A stretch of 64,000 nt of DNA from an uncultured Woeseiaceae bacterium (GTDB lineage Bacteria > Pseudomonadota > Gammaproteobacteria > Steroidobacterales > Woeseiaceae): contig CAZKZE010000005.1 in the NCBI GenBank assembly GCA_964557165.1, positions 2,344-66,343 of the forward strand. The letters run 5' to 3'. The notes under the pieces are model-generated. The model searched no databases. It was not told the origin of the DNA and saw only the letters and a list, made by a program, of their open reading frames with translations. Each line of letters starts with the position of its first letter. Position 1 is the stretch's first letter. Shown here one piece after another: positions 36,952-47,625 of the stretch. The translations under genes and the position numbers were made by a program.

Positions 36952-37592
36952 TTACGGTCCTTTTTCTTTTTCTTGCCGCCTTCCTTGTCCTGGCGACGGT
37001 GCAGTGCCTCAACGAGCTTGATCGCCTCCTTTTCCATGTCGACGACCAACGTGTCCACGCGCGAGCGATAGTAGCGGTAGCCGATCAAGGACGGAATGGC
37101 GACCGACAGGCCCGCCGCGGTCGTTATCAAAGCCTGTGCGATGCCGCCGGCCAGCACGGTTGGGTTGCCGACACCGTGGGTCGTAATCGCCGTGAACACC
37201 TGGACCATGCCGATGACCGTGCCGAGAAGGCCGAGTAGCGGCGTGACGGCAGCAATCGTGCCCAGCGTCTCAAGGTAACGTTCGAGTTCATGCACGACGT
37301 GCCGCCCCGTGTCCTCGATCGCGTCTTTCAGGACCACGCGATCCCGGTCACGATTGATCAGGCCTGCCGCCAGGATCTGGCCGAGCGCCGATCCCTGGTG
37401 CAGCGTCTGAATCTGCTTCTGATCCAGCTGGTCCTTCTTCACCCAACCCCAGACCTTGCTCGTCAGGTCTTCGGGAATCACGCGTTTTTGTTGCAGCGTC
37501 CAGAAACGCTCGAGAATGATGCCCATAGCAACGATCGCGCACAGGATGATCGGCAACATCAACCAGCCGCCGGATTTGACTATCTCAACCAT
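36948..37592 (-). CDS. exbB: MotA/TolQ/ExbB proton channel family protein
   Basis: 214 aa. GGWLMLPIILCAIVAMGIILERF, LGTIAAVTPLLGLLGTVIGMV, AQALITTAAGLSVAIPSLIGY. Confidence 0.88.
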   Translation of the reverse strand: MVEIVKSGGWLMLPIILCAIVAMGIILERFWTLQQKRVIPEDLTSKVWGWVKKDQLDQKQIQTLHQGSALGQILAAGLINRDRDRVVLKDAIEDTGRHVVHELERYLETLGTIAAVTPLLGLLGTVIGMVQVFTAITTHGVGNPTVLAGGIAQALITTAAGLSVAIPSLIGYRYYRSRVDTLVVDMEKEAIKLVEALHRRQDKEGGKKKKKDRK

Positions 37593-37635
37593 AAAAGCCC
37601 AGACCGAATCGGAAAAATGAAATATACATTAGTAT

Positions 37636-39909
37636 TCAGGTCTCGGCATGCCAGAAACGACGCCTCAGGTCACGTTCGCCGCGCACGCGAATCACGCCTT
37701 GGTCAGCGCATACTCGAAAGTACAGTGCGCCGGAGGTCGCGGTGTTCAAGACCGCGGCCCCCATGGCCTCCCAGCGCCTGACCACGCGCTCTTTCGGAAA
37801 ACCCCAGCGATTGGCGTACCCGGCCGAAACTACTGCGAAATCGGGATACACGGAGTCTACGAACGGCACGGTCGAGGACGTGAGGCTGCCATGATGCGGG
37901 ACAATCGCAATGTCGGCGGCGAGGGGCGCGCGCGCCTGGACCAGCTCGCGCTCCGATTGCGCTTCGATATCGCCAGTCAGCAGCAGCGAATACGGGCCCG
38001 CCGAGACCCGCAAAACGCACGATGATGCGTTCCCTTCACGAAGGTCATAGCGGCCAGGGTGCAGGATTTCGAAGCCAATGCCGCCGGACCCCCATTGCTG
38101 ACCGCTCGCGCAGCGTCGCTCACGCGACAGGCCCAGTGGCTCACCAACGATCACATCGTCAACTCTGAGCCCTTCCAGGATAGCGGGGACGCCGCCGCTG
38201 TGATCGAGATCTGCGTGTGAAATCACGAGTCGGTCGATACGGTCGACCCGCCGCGAACGCAGAAATGGCAGGATGACCTGCTCAGCGGCGCTACCGCCAC
38301 TACGCCACGCCATCCCGCTGTCATAAACCAACAAAGAAGTCCGCGTTTGCACGGTTACAGCCAGGCCCTGCCCTACATCCAGTGCCCGTGCATCGAAGCA
38401 GCCGTCGGGAGGCACCCCCGGCTTCCACATTACTATTGCCAGAACTCCGAGCACGGCGATGTGGCGACCCGGCCAGGCGCGTGGCAGCACGACCCAGGCA
38501 AGCGGTACCCAGAGGAACAACCATGCGACCCCCTGAATCTGCGCCAACGTGATGCTGGCGAAAGGCAATTTGACGATGTATTCAATCAGCCATTCGATCG
38601 CGTCGACGCTGTGTGCGGCGAGCTTCAACAGGAACGAAGCTATGCTCGGCGAAAAACCGGCGCTCACCATCCCGGCCAGCGTCAGCGGCACGGTGACGAA
38701 ACTGAATACCGGGACCGCGACCAGGTTGACGGGCGTCGCGGCCACCGCAAAGCGCTGAAAGATCAATGCGGTCAGCGGTAACAGCCCGAACAGCAGGAAT
38801 ACCTGCATGACAAACAGCTGGCGAGGCAGAGAAATAATTCGACCGCCGGAAACCGCAGCATCCCTGTGCTTCGCAAGCCACAGCAACAGGACGACCGCAG
38901 CGAACGACAAGTGAAAGCCCGGCCTCATCGTAGCGATCGGATCTGTGATGAATACGACGACACCGGCCAGGGCCACGGTGGCCGCGGGATCAACCTGGCG
39001 GCGGCGCCATACAGCGAGCGCAACAACAGCCAGCATCAGGATGGCGCGCCTTGCCGGAATACCGAAACCGGAGACGAGTGAGTAAGCCAATGCACAGACT
39101 GCACCGACGACGATCGCTGCGACGTAGCCATTCGTTCGAATCAGTGGCGTAAGAAAAACGAACGAGACGACGAAGGCTGCGAGGGCCGCGAGCCCCACGT
39201 GCAGGCCGGATATGGCCATCAGGTGGCTAGTGCCTGACGCGGCGAACCTGTCCCACTGCTCGCGCGTTATCGCGTGACGCGCGCCCACGCCAATGGCGGC
39301 CAGCACTGCCGCCGCAGATTCTGACTCGGTCGCGCCATTTGCAGTTGCAACGAAATTGGCGCGCAGCCGCTCCATGCGTGTCAACGACCCGGTGGCCAGC
39401 AGGCGATTGCGCTTCCCTCCCACGACATACCCTGACGCCCGGATTTTTTCGCGAAACATCCAGGTCTCGAGATCGAATACGCCTGGATTGAGGGTGCCGC
39501 GGGGCTGCCGCAGGCGCAGTTCGAGCTGCCAGGTATCGCCGATGAGCGGCTGGACCGGAGCATCGAACCAACTAACGCGCGTTCGTTCCGGAACGCGGGC
39601 GTCGTCGACTGGAGCAACGTTCAGCACCATGGACTCCCCGGTAACTTTCGGAAAATCGACGACCCTGACGGTGGTTAGTATGCTGTCGCCAGCATAGGCA
39701 GGATCAAGCCGTGTCGTTATCACTGCTTGTCCCGCCAACATGAAGAGTGCATAGCCGAACAGGACCACTCCCAGGGGCCGAGTACGGGCCCGGTACATCG
39801 CGCAAGACGATGCAACCAAAAGGGCTATGCAGTAGTCCGAGTGTAATGGCAGCGTGGTATGCTGCGCCGCCAGACCACCCACCAACAGCAAGCAACAGGT
39901 TCTTATCAA
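37636..39909 (-). CDS. comEC: DNA internalization-related competence protein ComEC/Rec2
   Basis: 757 aa. Polytopic competence domain plus a C-terminal metallo-beta-lactamase domain (ALDVGQGLAVTV; ISHADLDHSGG; VPHHGS). Confidence 0.88.
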   Translation of the reverse strand: MIRTCCLLLVGGLAAQHTTLPLHSDYCIALLVASSCAMYRARTRPLGVVLFGYALFMLAGQAVITTRLDPAYAGDSILTTVRVVDFPKVTGESMVLNVAPVDDARVPERTRVSWFDAPVQPLIGDTWQLELRLRQPRGTLNPGVFDLETWMFREKIRASGYVVGGKRNRLLATGSLTRMERLRANFVATANGATESESAAAVLAAIGVGARHAITREQWDRFAASGTSHLMAISGLHVGLAALAAFVVSFVFLTPLIRTNGYVAAIVVGAVCALAYSLVSGFGIPARRAILMLAVVALAVWRRRQVDPAATVALAGVVVFITDPIATMRPGFHLSFAAVVLLLWLAKHRDAAVSGGRIISLPRQLFVMQVFLLFGLLPLTALIFQRFAVAATPVNLVAVPVFSFVTVPLTLAGMVSAGFSPSIASFLLKLAAHSVDAIEWLIEYIVKLPFASITLAQIQGVAWLFLWVPLAWVVLPRAWPGRHIAVLGVLAIVMWKPGVPPDGCFDARALDVGQGLAVTVQTRTSLLVYDSGMAWRSGGSAAEQVILPFLRSRRVDRIDRLVISHADLDHSGGVPAILEGLRVDDVIVGEPLGLSRERRCASGQQWGSGGIGFEILHPGRYDLREGNASSCVLRVSAGPYSLLLTGDIEAQSERELVQARAPLAADIAIVPHHGSLTSSTVPFVDSVYPDFAVVSAGYANRWGFPKERVVRRWEAMGAAVLNTATSGALYFRVCADQGVIRVRGERDLRRRFWHAET

Positions 39910-39961
39910 GGGTTGTAGCGATTTTCGCCGGCAGCATTAATTGAAGCCAGGTCAGCAAGGA

Positions 39962-40492
39962 ATGCCCAGACGTATTTTCAAGAAGTTTGCCTTTAAACGG
40001 CAGCATATGGCCAGGCAGTGGTTCATGACGCCGTTCCGGCACATGCTGAATGATCACCGTTTGTGGGGCATTCGCCGGCGCTGGGTCGTGCCGGCATTTT
40101 CGCTCGGCCTGTTCATCGCTTTCCTGCCCTTCCCGGGACATACGTTGACCGCGGCGCTGGTCGCGCTCGCGATGCGCGTCAATATTCCGATTGCCGCCGT
40201 ATCAACCTGGGTCAGCAACCCGGCGACGATGTTCCCGATGTACTACCTCGCGTATCGCCTGGGCTCAGCATTGCTCGGCTGGGAACTGCAGCCATTCGCC
40301 TTCGAGCTGTCCTGGGACTGGGTGACTCACACGTTCGTCAATATCTGGCAACCGATGTTGCTTGGCAGCATCGTCCTGGGGACCACTGCCGCTATCGCTG
40401 GCTACGTGACACTGGACATTCTCTGGCGCTTTTCGCTGGCTGACTACAAGGCTCGCAAGCGCAGCCGCCGCAAGGACAAGAATTCAGGCTGA
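39962..40492 (+). CDS. DUF2062 domain membrane protein
   Basis: Internal ATG 39962 of ORF 39941-40492 ([14 protein letters not shown]...). [64 protein letters not shown]. Divergent from comEC as in Pseudomonas. Confidence 0.75.
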   Translation: MPRRIFKKFAFKRQHMARQWFMTPFRHMLNDHRLWGIRRRWVVPAFSLGLFIAFLPFPGHTLTAALVALAMRVNIPIAAVSTWVSNPATMFPMYYLAYRLGSALLGWELQPFAFELSWDWVTHTFVNIWQPMLLGSIVLGTTAAIAGYVTLDILWRFSLADYKARKRSRRKDKNSG

Positions 40493-41167
40493 TTCCTTCA
40501 GGATCCCGTCCTCGAGCACGAGGATACGGTCCATGCGTTCTGCAATCGAATGGTCGTGTGTGACGATGACGAGGCTGGTCTGCAATTCCTGGTTCAGCTC
40601 GAGCATGAGCTTGAGAACATGTTCGCCATTGCCCGCATCGAGATTTCCTGTCGGCTCGTCAGCGAGAACCAGCTGCGGCCTGGTGATCAGGGCCCGCGCC
40701 ACGGCGGCGCGCTGGCGTTCCCCGCCTGACAACTCGCCGGGCTTGTGCGTGAGACGTTCGCCCAGGCCGACCCGACCGAGCAGTTCCCGGGCGCTCTGAA
40801 AGGCCACTTCCTTCGGCTCGCGTCGGATCAGGAGCGGCATGGCGACATTTTCTTCGGCCGAGAATTCGGGCAGCAAGTGGTGAAACTGGTAGACGAATCC
40901 GATGTAACGATTCCGCAGCTCGCCCTTGGCGGTCTCAGTCGTCCCGTGCATCGGCGCACCATTGACGAGTACGCCGCCCTGGGTCGGCTCGTCGAGGCCA
41001 CCCATGATCTGCAAAAGGGTCGTCTTGCCGGAACCCGACGCACCGATGATCGCTACCCTTTCTGCAGGCATCACTGCGAGATCTACGCCACGCAGGACTT
41101 GCAGCGTAGTTGGGCCTTCGCTGAATTCGCGCACAACACTGCGGCACTCGAGAACTGCTTCAGTCAT
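40484..41167 (-). CDS. lolD: lipoprotein-releasing ABC transporter ATP-binding protein LolD
   Basis: 227 aa. [45 protein letters not shown]. Confidence 0.9.
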   Translation of the reverse strand: MTEAVLECRSVVREFSEGPTTLQVLRGVDLAVMPAERVAIIGASGSGKTTLLQIMGGLDEPTQGGVLVNGAPMHGTTETAKGELRNRYIGFVYQFHHLLPEFSAEENVAMPLLIRREPKEVAFQSARELLGRVGLGERLTHKPGELSGGERQRAAVARALITRPQLVLADEPTGNLDAGNGEHVLKLMLELNQELQTSLVIVTHDHSIAERMDRILVLEDGILKESA

Positions 41168-42410
41168 ATCTTAGAGCCTCCGCCGGGGCTGTCTTTGATG
41201 CAACCCAGGCCGGATACAAAGTGGAAACAAGGGCGAGCACGAAAGCGATCAACCCGATTTTCACGACGTCGCCATAGTGCAGATCGGATGGCAGGTCGCT
41301 GATGAAGTAGACGTCGGCCGCGAGAAACTTGATGCCGAACATCGTCTCGAAGAAGCCTACAATCGCCTCGAGATTCGTCGCGATAAGCACGCCGAGCAGC
41401 ACGCCCGTGAGCGTGCCGCCAATGCCGACGATGCTGCCCTGGGTCACGAAGATCTTGAGAATGCTCGACGGTTTGGCGCCGACGGTTCGCAGAATCGCGA
41501 TATCTGCCTGCTTGTCCTTCACTACCATCACGAGCGTCGACACGATGTTGAAAGCTGCAACCGCCACGACCATCAATAGAATGACAAACAGGATCGACTT
41601 CGTGATCTGGATAGAGCGGAAGAAATTCACATGGCGTCGCGTCCAGTCGGATACATAGACCTGCTCGCCATGTTCCCGGGCCACCTCGCGCACGATACTC
41701 GGCGCGGCATAGATTTCGGACACGGATAATCGCACGCCTGTCACTGCCCCCTTCATGCGGAACAGTCGCTGCGCATCACTTAGGTTGACGAACGCAAGCC
41801 TGCGATCAAACTCGTACATGCCAACACGATAGATGCCCGTAACCGTAAAGCGCTTTGTCCGCGGGATTACACCGGCCGGCGTGACCATGCCATCGGCCAG
41901 TGTCAGCGTCACCTTGTCGCCCACCTTGGCCTGCAGCGCTTCTGCCAACTCGATGCCCAGCACAACATTGAATTTGCCGGCCACGAGTTCATCCAGCGAA
42001 CCCTGCTGCATGACGCCGCCAACGCCTGATACCGTGTCCTCGAGCACCGGGTCGATACCACGCATCTCGACGCCACTGAGTTGCATGCCCGCGACCAACA
42101 GTCCCTGGCCGTGCACATACGGCGCCGCGCCAACAACGCGAGCATTACCAAGTGCAGTTTCACGCAGCGCATCGTGGCCTGTAAGCCTGCGGTCAGGATG
42201 CTCGACGACTGCATGAGCAGTCATCGCGAGCAGGCGCTCCTGGAGCTCTCTCTCAAAGCCGTTGACGACAGACATGACGACGATAAGAACCAGCACGGCG
42301 ATCGCGATGCCCAGCATCGAGATAGCTGAAATCAGCGACACGAAGCTGTTGCGGCTGCGAGACCGCACATAGCGGCCACCCATCCAGAGTTCGAAATGCT
42401 TGCCCATCAC
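41160..42410 (-). CDS. lipoprotein-releasing system permease, LolC/LolE family (second permease)
   Basis: 416 aa. MacB-like FtsX permease: [48 protein letters not shown]-terminal FtsX domain. Confidence 0.85.
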   Translation of the reverse strand: MMGKHFELWMGGRYVRSRSRNSFVSLISAISMLGIAIAVLVLIVVMSVVNGFERELQERLLAMTAHAVVEHPDRRLTGHDALRETALGNARVVGAAPYVHGQGLLVAGMQLSGVEMRGIDPVLEDTVSGVGGVMQQGSLDELVAGKFNVVLGIELAEALQAKVGDKVTLTLADGMVTPAGVIPRTKRFTVTGIYRVGMYEFDRRLAFVNLSDAQRLFRMKGAVTGVRLSVSEIYAAPSIVREVAREHGEQVYVSDWTRRHVNFFRSIQITKSILFVILLMVVAVAAFNIVSTLVMVVKDKQADIAILRTVGAKPSSILKIFVTQGSIVGIGGTLTGVLLGVLIATNLEAIVGFFETMFGIKFLAADVYFISDLPSDLHYGDVVKIGLIAFVLALVSTLYPAWVASKTAPAEALRYD

Positions 42411-43651
42411 TCGTACCTCAGCGCTTCAGCAGGATTAACGAGCGCAGCCCGGCGTGCCGGGTACAAGGTTGCGAGCGACGTCAAAATGAACGCAGCGACT
42501 GCCGTGATCAGGACATCCGGCATCTCGAGTTCTGACGGAATGCGCGACACGTAGTAGACGTCGCCGGGCATGATCTGGAACGAGAGCAGCTTCTCGAGGA
42601 ACGGGACGATTACCGGAACGTAGATCGACAGAACCACCCCGAGCACGACGCCAATCAGAACCCCTGCCCAGCCGATCATCGCGCCTTGCACGAAGAACAC
42701 ACGGACGACGCCGTCAGGACCCATACCAAGCGTTCGCAGTACCGCAATGTCAGTGGTCTTATCGGTCACAACCATGACGAGACTCGCCACGATATTGAAC
42801 GCGGCGACACCGATAATCAGCGAGAGAATCAACGACATCATCATTTTCTCGACGCGAATCGCACGGAAATAGCTGACGTTCTCCTTCGTCCAGTCACTCG
42901 TCGCAACCGCGTCACCAAGTCGCTGTTGTAACGATGCCGCAATTGCCGGCGCGGCCATGACGTCCTCGGTCCGGAAGCGCACGGAACTGACTGCCTCACC
43001 AATATTGAGAATGCGTGCCGCATCATTTGCATGCATCAACGCCAGCATCGTGTCGTGCTGGATAACTCCAGCTTCAAAAACGCCACCGAGCACGAAGCGC
43101 TCGAGCACGGGTTCGAGCGTGCCGTCACCGACAGGTCGGGGAATCAGCAACACGACCCCGTCCCCGACTCGCGCATTCAGATCGTAGGCCAGGTTGCGGC
43201 CAAGGATGATGCGGCGTTCACCGGTCTGGAGCGCGCCGAGGCTTCCCTCCACCATGTTGATCACATTGCCCGAGAGCTCCTCCTCGTACGCTGGATCGAT
43301 GCCGTGCACGACCACCGCGAACAAGTCCCGCCCGGACTGAATCATCCCTTCCATCTGCACAAACGGTGCAGCAGCCGTCACGCCCTCCTCGGCTACAATG
43401 TCATCGATAAGTGGCCGCCATTCCCGGATCGGGCCATCACTGGCACTGACGGTGCCGTGCGCGCTCATGCTGAGGATGCGACTTCGCAGTTCACCTTCGA
43501 ACCCGTTCATGACCGACATGATGACGATCAATGCGGCGACACCGAGTGAAATCCCGATCAGGGAAATCAGCGTGATGAAGGACACGAAGCGGGTGCGCCG
43601 CTTGGCTCGCAGGTAGCGCAGCCCGACGAATAATTCGACTGGATTCAGCAT
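42407..43651 (-). CDS. lipoprotein-releasing system permease, LolC/LolE family (first permease)
   Basis: ORF 42407-43678; the likely start is internal ATG 43651 (MLNPVELFVGLRYLRAKRRTRFVSFITLISLIGISLGVAALIVIMSVMNGFE). Confidence 0.85.
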   Translation of the reverse strand: MLNPVELFVGLRYLRAKRRTRFVSFITLISLIGISLGVAALIVIMSVMNGFEGELRSRILSMSAHGTVSASDGPIREWRPLIDDIVAEEGVTAAAPFVQMEGMIQSGRDLFAVVVHGIDPAYEEELSGNVINMVEGSLGALQTGERRIILGRNLAYDLNARVGDGVVLLIPRPVGDGTLEPVLERFVLGGVFEAGVIQHDTMLALMHANDAARILNIGEAVSSVRFRTEDVMAAPAIAASLQQRLGDAVATSDWTKENVSYFRAIRVEKMMMSLILSLIIGVAAFNIVASLVMVVTDKTTDIAVLRTLGMGPDGVVRVFFVQGAMIGWAGVLIGVVLGVVLSIYVPVIVPFLEKLLSFQIMPGDVYYVSRIPSELEMPDVLITAVAAFILTSLATLYPARRAALVNPAEALRYE

Positions 43652-43745
43652 TGGGCCGCATTGTGACACAGTTCGCATGTGTCATCCCACGCGGCGATGC
43701 TATAGTCGCGGGACCCGAAAAATGAACATGTGGTGGAGAAGGAAC

Positions 43746-44021
43746 ATGGCCAACTTGCGCAAGATTTCATTGATCGCCCTGTTGTTGGCGGCAATGGGCA
43801 CAGCGAGTGCTGACACGGTCAGCATGGGTGGCGCTACGGCTGCCGCTATCGATGGACGCCCGACCCGCGGCATGACTCAGGCCAGCGTTGAATCGAAGTA
43901 CGGTAGCCCATCTGCGGTCACAGCGCCGGTTGGCGAACCGCCGATTACGCGCTGGGAATACGCCGGCTTCGTCGTCTTTTTCGAGCACGACAGGGTCATT
44001 CACGCCGTCCTGAAGCGCTAA
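43746..44021 (+). CDS. small secreted protein, BamE/SmpA-OmlA-like fold suspected (91 aa)
   Basis: Internal ATG 43746 with SD ggagaagga upstream. Signal peptide MANLRKISLIALLLAAMGTASA, then GMTQASVESKYGSPSAVTAPVGEPPITRWEYAGFVVFFEHDRVIHAV. Confidence 0.55.
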   Translation: MANLRKISLIALLLAAMGTASADTVSMGGATAAAIDGRPTRGMTQASVESKYGSPSAVTAPVGEPPITRWEYAGFVVFFEHDRVIHAVLKR

Positions 44022-44042
44022 CGACAACGATACAATCGAGTA

Positions 44043-44075
44043 AGCCCGGGACGTTGCCGTTCCGGGCTTTTTTTA
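44043..44075 (+). terminator. rho-independent terminator
   Basis: Stem agcccgg / ccgggct (7-8 bp) with a 10-nt loop and a TTTTTTT run (44068-44074). Confidence 0.65.
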
Positions 44076-44082
44076 TGCCTGA

Positions 44083-47000
44083 ATGCCTCGCCGCTACCGG
44101 TGCCTGTGTAATAATCGCGACCCCAAAAACGCGCATATCTCGCCGAGCGATACCTTGAACACGCCCCAGCTCCTCCCTGCCAAGACAAAACTGCCCTCAC
44201 CGGGCACCAACGTTGCCTGGGGCCGACTGATTGGCGCGAGCCTGGCGCTCGCGGCCGCCGAACTGGCGCAGGCCGAAGCGCAGCCAATTCTCGTACTCGC
44301 CGAAGATCCGCGCCACGCGGATCAACTCGAGGCCGAGATCCGATTCTTTGCTGGCGACGCATTGCCAGTGGAACATTTCGTCGAATGGGAAACCCTGCCC
44401 TGGGACAGCTTCTCGCCGCACCAGGACATCATCTCGCAGCGCCTGCGCGTGTTGGCTGAACTGCCCGGCATGTCGCGCGGCGTAATCATCGCCGCTGCAA
44501 CCGTATTGCAGCAGCGATTACCACCGGTGGAATACGTCGCCGCGCGCTCGCTCTCACTGCGACGGGGCCAGGAGCTGCCGCGCGCGCCATTTACGGATTC
44601 GCTGGTGGAATCGGGCTACCTGCGTGTACCGCAGGTTTCCGAGCATGGCGAGTTCGCCGTACGTGGCTCATTGATCGACGTATTTCCGATGGGCGCGGAC
44701 ACGCCCGTGCGTATCGATTTCTTCGATGATGAGATCGAATCTCTGCGCTACTTCTCGGCCGAGAACCAGTTGTCCGGTGAACGTCTCGAGACGGTCAGCA
44801 TTCTTCCTGCACGCGAAGTTCCCCTCGACAGTGACGCGATACGCACGTTCCGCGATAAGTATCGCGAGCGGTTCGAAGGGCAACCTGCCAGATCGCGTGT
44901 CTATCGCGAAGTATCCGATGGAATTGCTCACGGCGGCATCGAGTACTACTTGCCGCTGTTCTTCGAGACGACCGCGGCGCTGGTCGACTACCTGCCGCCT
45001 GAGTGCGTCATACTCGCGCCAGGCGGGCTCGAATCCCTGACCGATCAGTTCTGGGCTGAGGCGCAAGAGCGCTATGAACTCTGTAGCCTGGACAAGGAAC
45101 GTCCGATACTGAGCGTCGACGAGACGTTCATCTCCCCCGACTCGATTCCGCAGATGCTCTCAGCGTTTGCCGGCGTTCGCTACTCGTCGCAATCATTGGC
45201 GGATGGCGGCAACAGCCTGAACCTCGATACCCGTTTGCCGCCGGCCATGAAAATTGAGGCCCGCTACGACGACGCGGCTGCCTCGCTGGTGCAATTCCTC
45301 GATAGTTTCGATGGACGCGTACTGTTCTCGACCGATTCCCCGGGTCGACGCGAACAGCTATTCGACATGTTGTCAGGGCGTGGCCTGGACCTGGCGCGGA
45401 TCGACGCATGGCAGGAATTCCTGGACGACCAGCACCGAATCGGCGTTGCAATTGCGCCCATCGACAACGGGGTACTGTTGCCAGGTGCGCACATTGCCGT
45501 CATCAGCGAACAACAGCTGTTTGGTGAGCGAACGAAAGCACGCAAACGCCGCCGCAAAAGCGAGCGCGATCCCGAAACGATTATCCGGCAACTCGATGAC
45601 CTCGAACCGGGTTCGCCTATCGTCCACGAGGAGTACGGCATTGGCCGATATCACGGACTGATCACGCTGGAGACGGGTGGTATCAAAGCGGAATTCCTGC
45701 ACCTCGAGTACGCCGACGGCGACAAGCTCTACGTACCCGTACACGCACTCGACCTGATCTCGCGCTACACCGGTGCCTCCGCGGAAAACGCACCGTTGCA
45801 TCGCCTGGGCAGCGACCAATGGAGCAAGGCAAAGCAACGCGCTATCAAGAAGATTCGCGATGTAGCAGCCGAGCTGCTTGACGTTTACGCACGCCGTGCG
45901 GCACGGCCGGGCCATCGGTTCCTTTGGCCCGAATCTGATTATCGTACATTCGAGTCAGGCTTCCCGTTCGAACTGACCGAAGACCAGGCCGATACGATCG
46001 ACGACGTACTCGAGGACCTCGGGACCGATCAGCCCATGGATCGCGTCGTCTGCGGCGACGTTGGTTTCGGCAAGACCGAGGTCGCATTGCGCGCCACGTT
46101 CGCTGCGGTCCATGGCGGCAAACAGGTCGCGGTGCTCGTGCCGACAACGCTGCTGGCACAGCAGCACGGACAGAATTTCCGGGATCGTTTCGCCGACTGG
46201 CCGGTTCGGATTGAAGTCCTCTCGCGGTTCCAGTCGGCCAGGGAAGTCAAAGACATTGTGGCCGGCCTTCGGTCCGGCGCGGTTGACGTTGTTATTGGTA
46301 CCCATCGACTGCTGCAACATACGAAGGACTTCCATGATGTCGGTCTTGTCATCGTCGATGAAGAGCACCGTTTCGGCGTACGCCACAAGGAAGCCATCAA
46401 GTCACTGCGCAGTGAAATAGACATTCTGACGCTCACAGCAACACCAATACCGCGAACCCTCAATATGGCGTTGGGCGGACTGCGCGAGATGTCACTGATC
46501 ACAACGCCGCCTGCAGAGCGCCTGGCGATAAAGACGTTTGTCTCTGAATGGAACGACGTCATCATCAGGGAAGCCTGTCTCAGAGAGATCAAGCGAGGCG
46601 GCCAGGTCTACTTCATTCACAATCGGGTGGAGGACATCGGTCGTATCGAGCAACATCTCGAGAAGCTGGTTCCCGAGGCGAACATCCGCATCGGCCACGG
46701 TCAGATGCCGGAACGTGAACTTGAACAGGTGATGCTCGATTTCTATCACCGGCGCTTCAATATCCTGCTCTGCACGACGATCGTCGAGAGTGGCATCGAC
46801 GTACCAACGGCCAATACGATCATCATCAATCGTGCAGATCGGTTTGGCCTGGCGCAGTTGCACCAGCTACGTGGCCGCGTCGGGCGCTCCCACCACCGCG
46901 CTTACGCCTTTCTCATGGCGCCGCCGAAAGCCCAGATGACCGCCGATGCGGTGAAACGTCTCGAAGCCATCGATTCGCTCGAGGACCTGGGGTCCGGGTT

Positions 47001-47625
47001 CACACTGGCGACGCATGATCTCGAGATTCGTGGCGCCGGCGAACTGCTCGGCGATACCCAGAGTGGACAGATACAGGAAATCGGATTCTCTTTGTACACG
47101 GAACTGCTGGGACGCGCGGTCGAATCGCTGCGTGCCGGTGATGAACCGGACCTCGACGCACCGTTACACGCCGGCGTCGACATCAACCTGCACATTCCAG
47201 CCCTCCTGCCGGACGATTACGTACCCGACGTGCATCTGCGCCTGATTCTCTACAAGCGTATCTCGGCTGCCGAAACCGAGCAGGAACTGCGAGATTTGCA
47301 GGTCGAGCTGATCGACCGCTTCGGGCTGCTACCGGAGGGCGCGAAGAACCTGCTGCGCATCGCTGCAATCAAGAAGTCGGCTACCAGGCTGGGCATTGAG
47401 AAGATCGATGTGGCCGACGCCGGGGGATATTTCGTATTTGCTGCGGAAAGCCATGTCGATCCGGTTGCGCTCATTCAACTCGTGCAGTCCGAAAGCCAGC
47501 GCTACCGCCTGCAGGGCTCCCACCGGCTGCAGATCCGCAAAGAACTGGGTGATATCGACAAGCGATTCGATACAATTGAGAACCTGTTGGACCGACTTGC
47601 GGTCAAAGATGAAAGCGATGCATAG
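44083..47625 (+). CDS. mfd: transcription-repair coupling factor Mfd (exact start uncertain)
   Basis: 1180 aa. UvrB-homology N-region, CarD-like RNAP-interaction domain (GSPIVHEEYGIGRYHGL), SF2 helicase motifs (CGDVGFGKTEVALRA; VIVDEEHRFG; LTLTATPIPRTL), TRG motif and C-terminal D7. Confidence 0.93.
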   Translation: MPRRYRCLCNNRDPKNAHISPSDTLNTPQLLPAKTKLPSPGTNVAWGRLIGASLALAAAELAQAEAQPILVLAEDPRHADQLEAEIRFFAGDALPVEHFVEWETLPWDSFSPHQDIISQRLRVLAELPGMSRGVIIAAATVLQQRLPPVEYVAARSLSLRRGQELPRAPFTDSLVESGYLRVPQVSEHGEFAVRGSLIDVFPMGADTPVRIDFFDDEIESLRYFSAENQLSGERLETVSILPAREVPLDSDAIRTFRDKYRERFEGQPARSRVYREVSDGIAHGGIEYYLPLFFETTAALVDYLPPECVILAPGGLESLTDQFWAEAQERYELCSLDKERPILSVDETFISPDSIPQMLSAFAGVRYSSQSLADGGNSLNLDTRLPPAMKIEARYDDAAASLVQFLDSFDGRVLFSTDSPGRREQLFDMLSGRGLDLARIDAWQEFLDDQHRIGVAIAPIDNGVLLPGAHIAVISEQQLFGERTKARKRRRKSERDPETIIRQLDDLEPGSPIVHEEYGIGRYHGLITLETGGIKAEFLHLEYADGDKLYVPVHALDLISRYTGASAENAPLHRLGSDQWSKAKQRAIKKIRDVAAELLDVYARRAARPGHRFLWPESDYRTFESGFPFELTEDQADTIDDVLEDLGTDQPMDRVVCGDVGFGKTEVALRATFAAVHGGKQVAVLVPTTLLAQQHGQNFRDRFADWPVRIEVLSRFQSAREVKDIVAGLRSGAVDVVIGTHRLLQHTKDFHDVGLVIVDEEHRFGVRHKEAIKSLRSEIDILTLTATPIPRTLNMALGGLREMSLITTPPAERLAIKTFVSEWNDVIIREACLREIKRGGQVYFIHNRVEDIGRIEQHLEKLVPEANIRIGHGQMPERELEQVMLDFYHRRFNILLCTTIVESGIDVPTANTIIINRADRFGLAQLHQLRGRVGRSHHRAYAFLMAPPKAQMTADAVKRLEAIDSLEDLGSGFTLATHDLEIRGAGELLGDTQSGQIQEIGFSLYTELLGRAVESLRAGDEPDLDAPLHAGVDINLHIPALLPDDYVPDVHLRLILYKRISAAETEQELRDLQVELIDRFGLLPEGAKNLLRIAAIKKSATRLGIEKIDVADAGGYFVFAAESHVDPVALIQLVQSESQRYRLQGSHRLQIRKELGDIDKRFDTIENLLDRLAVKDESDA

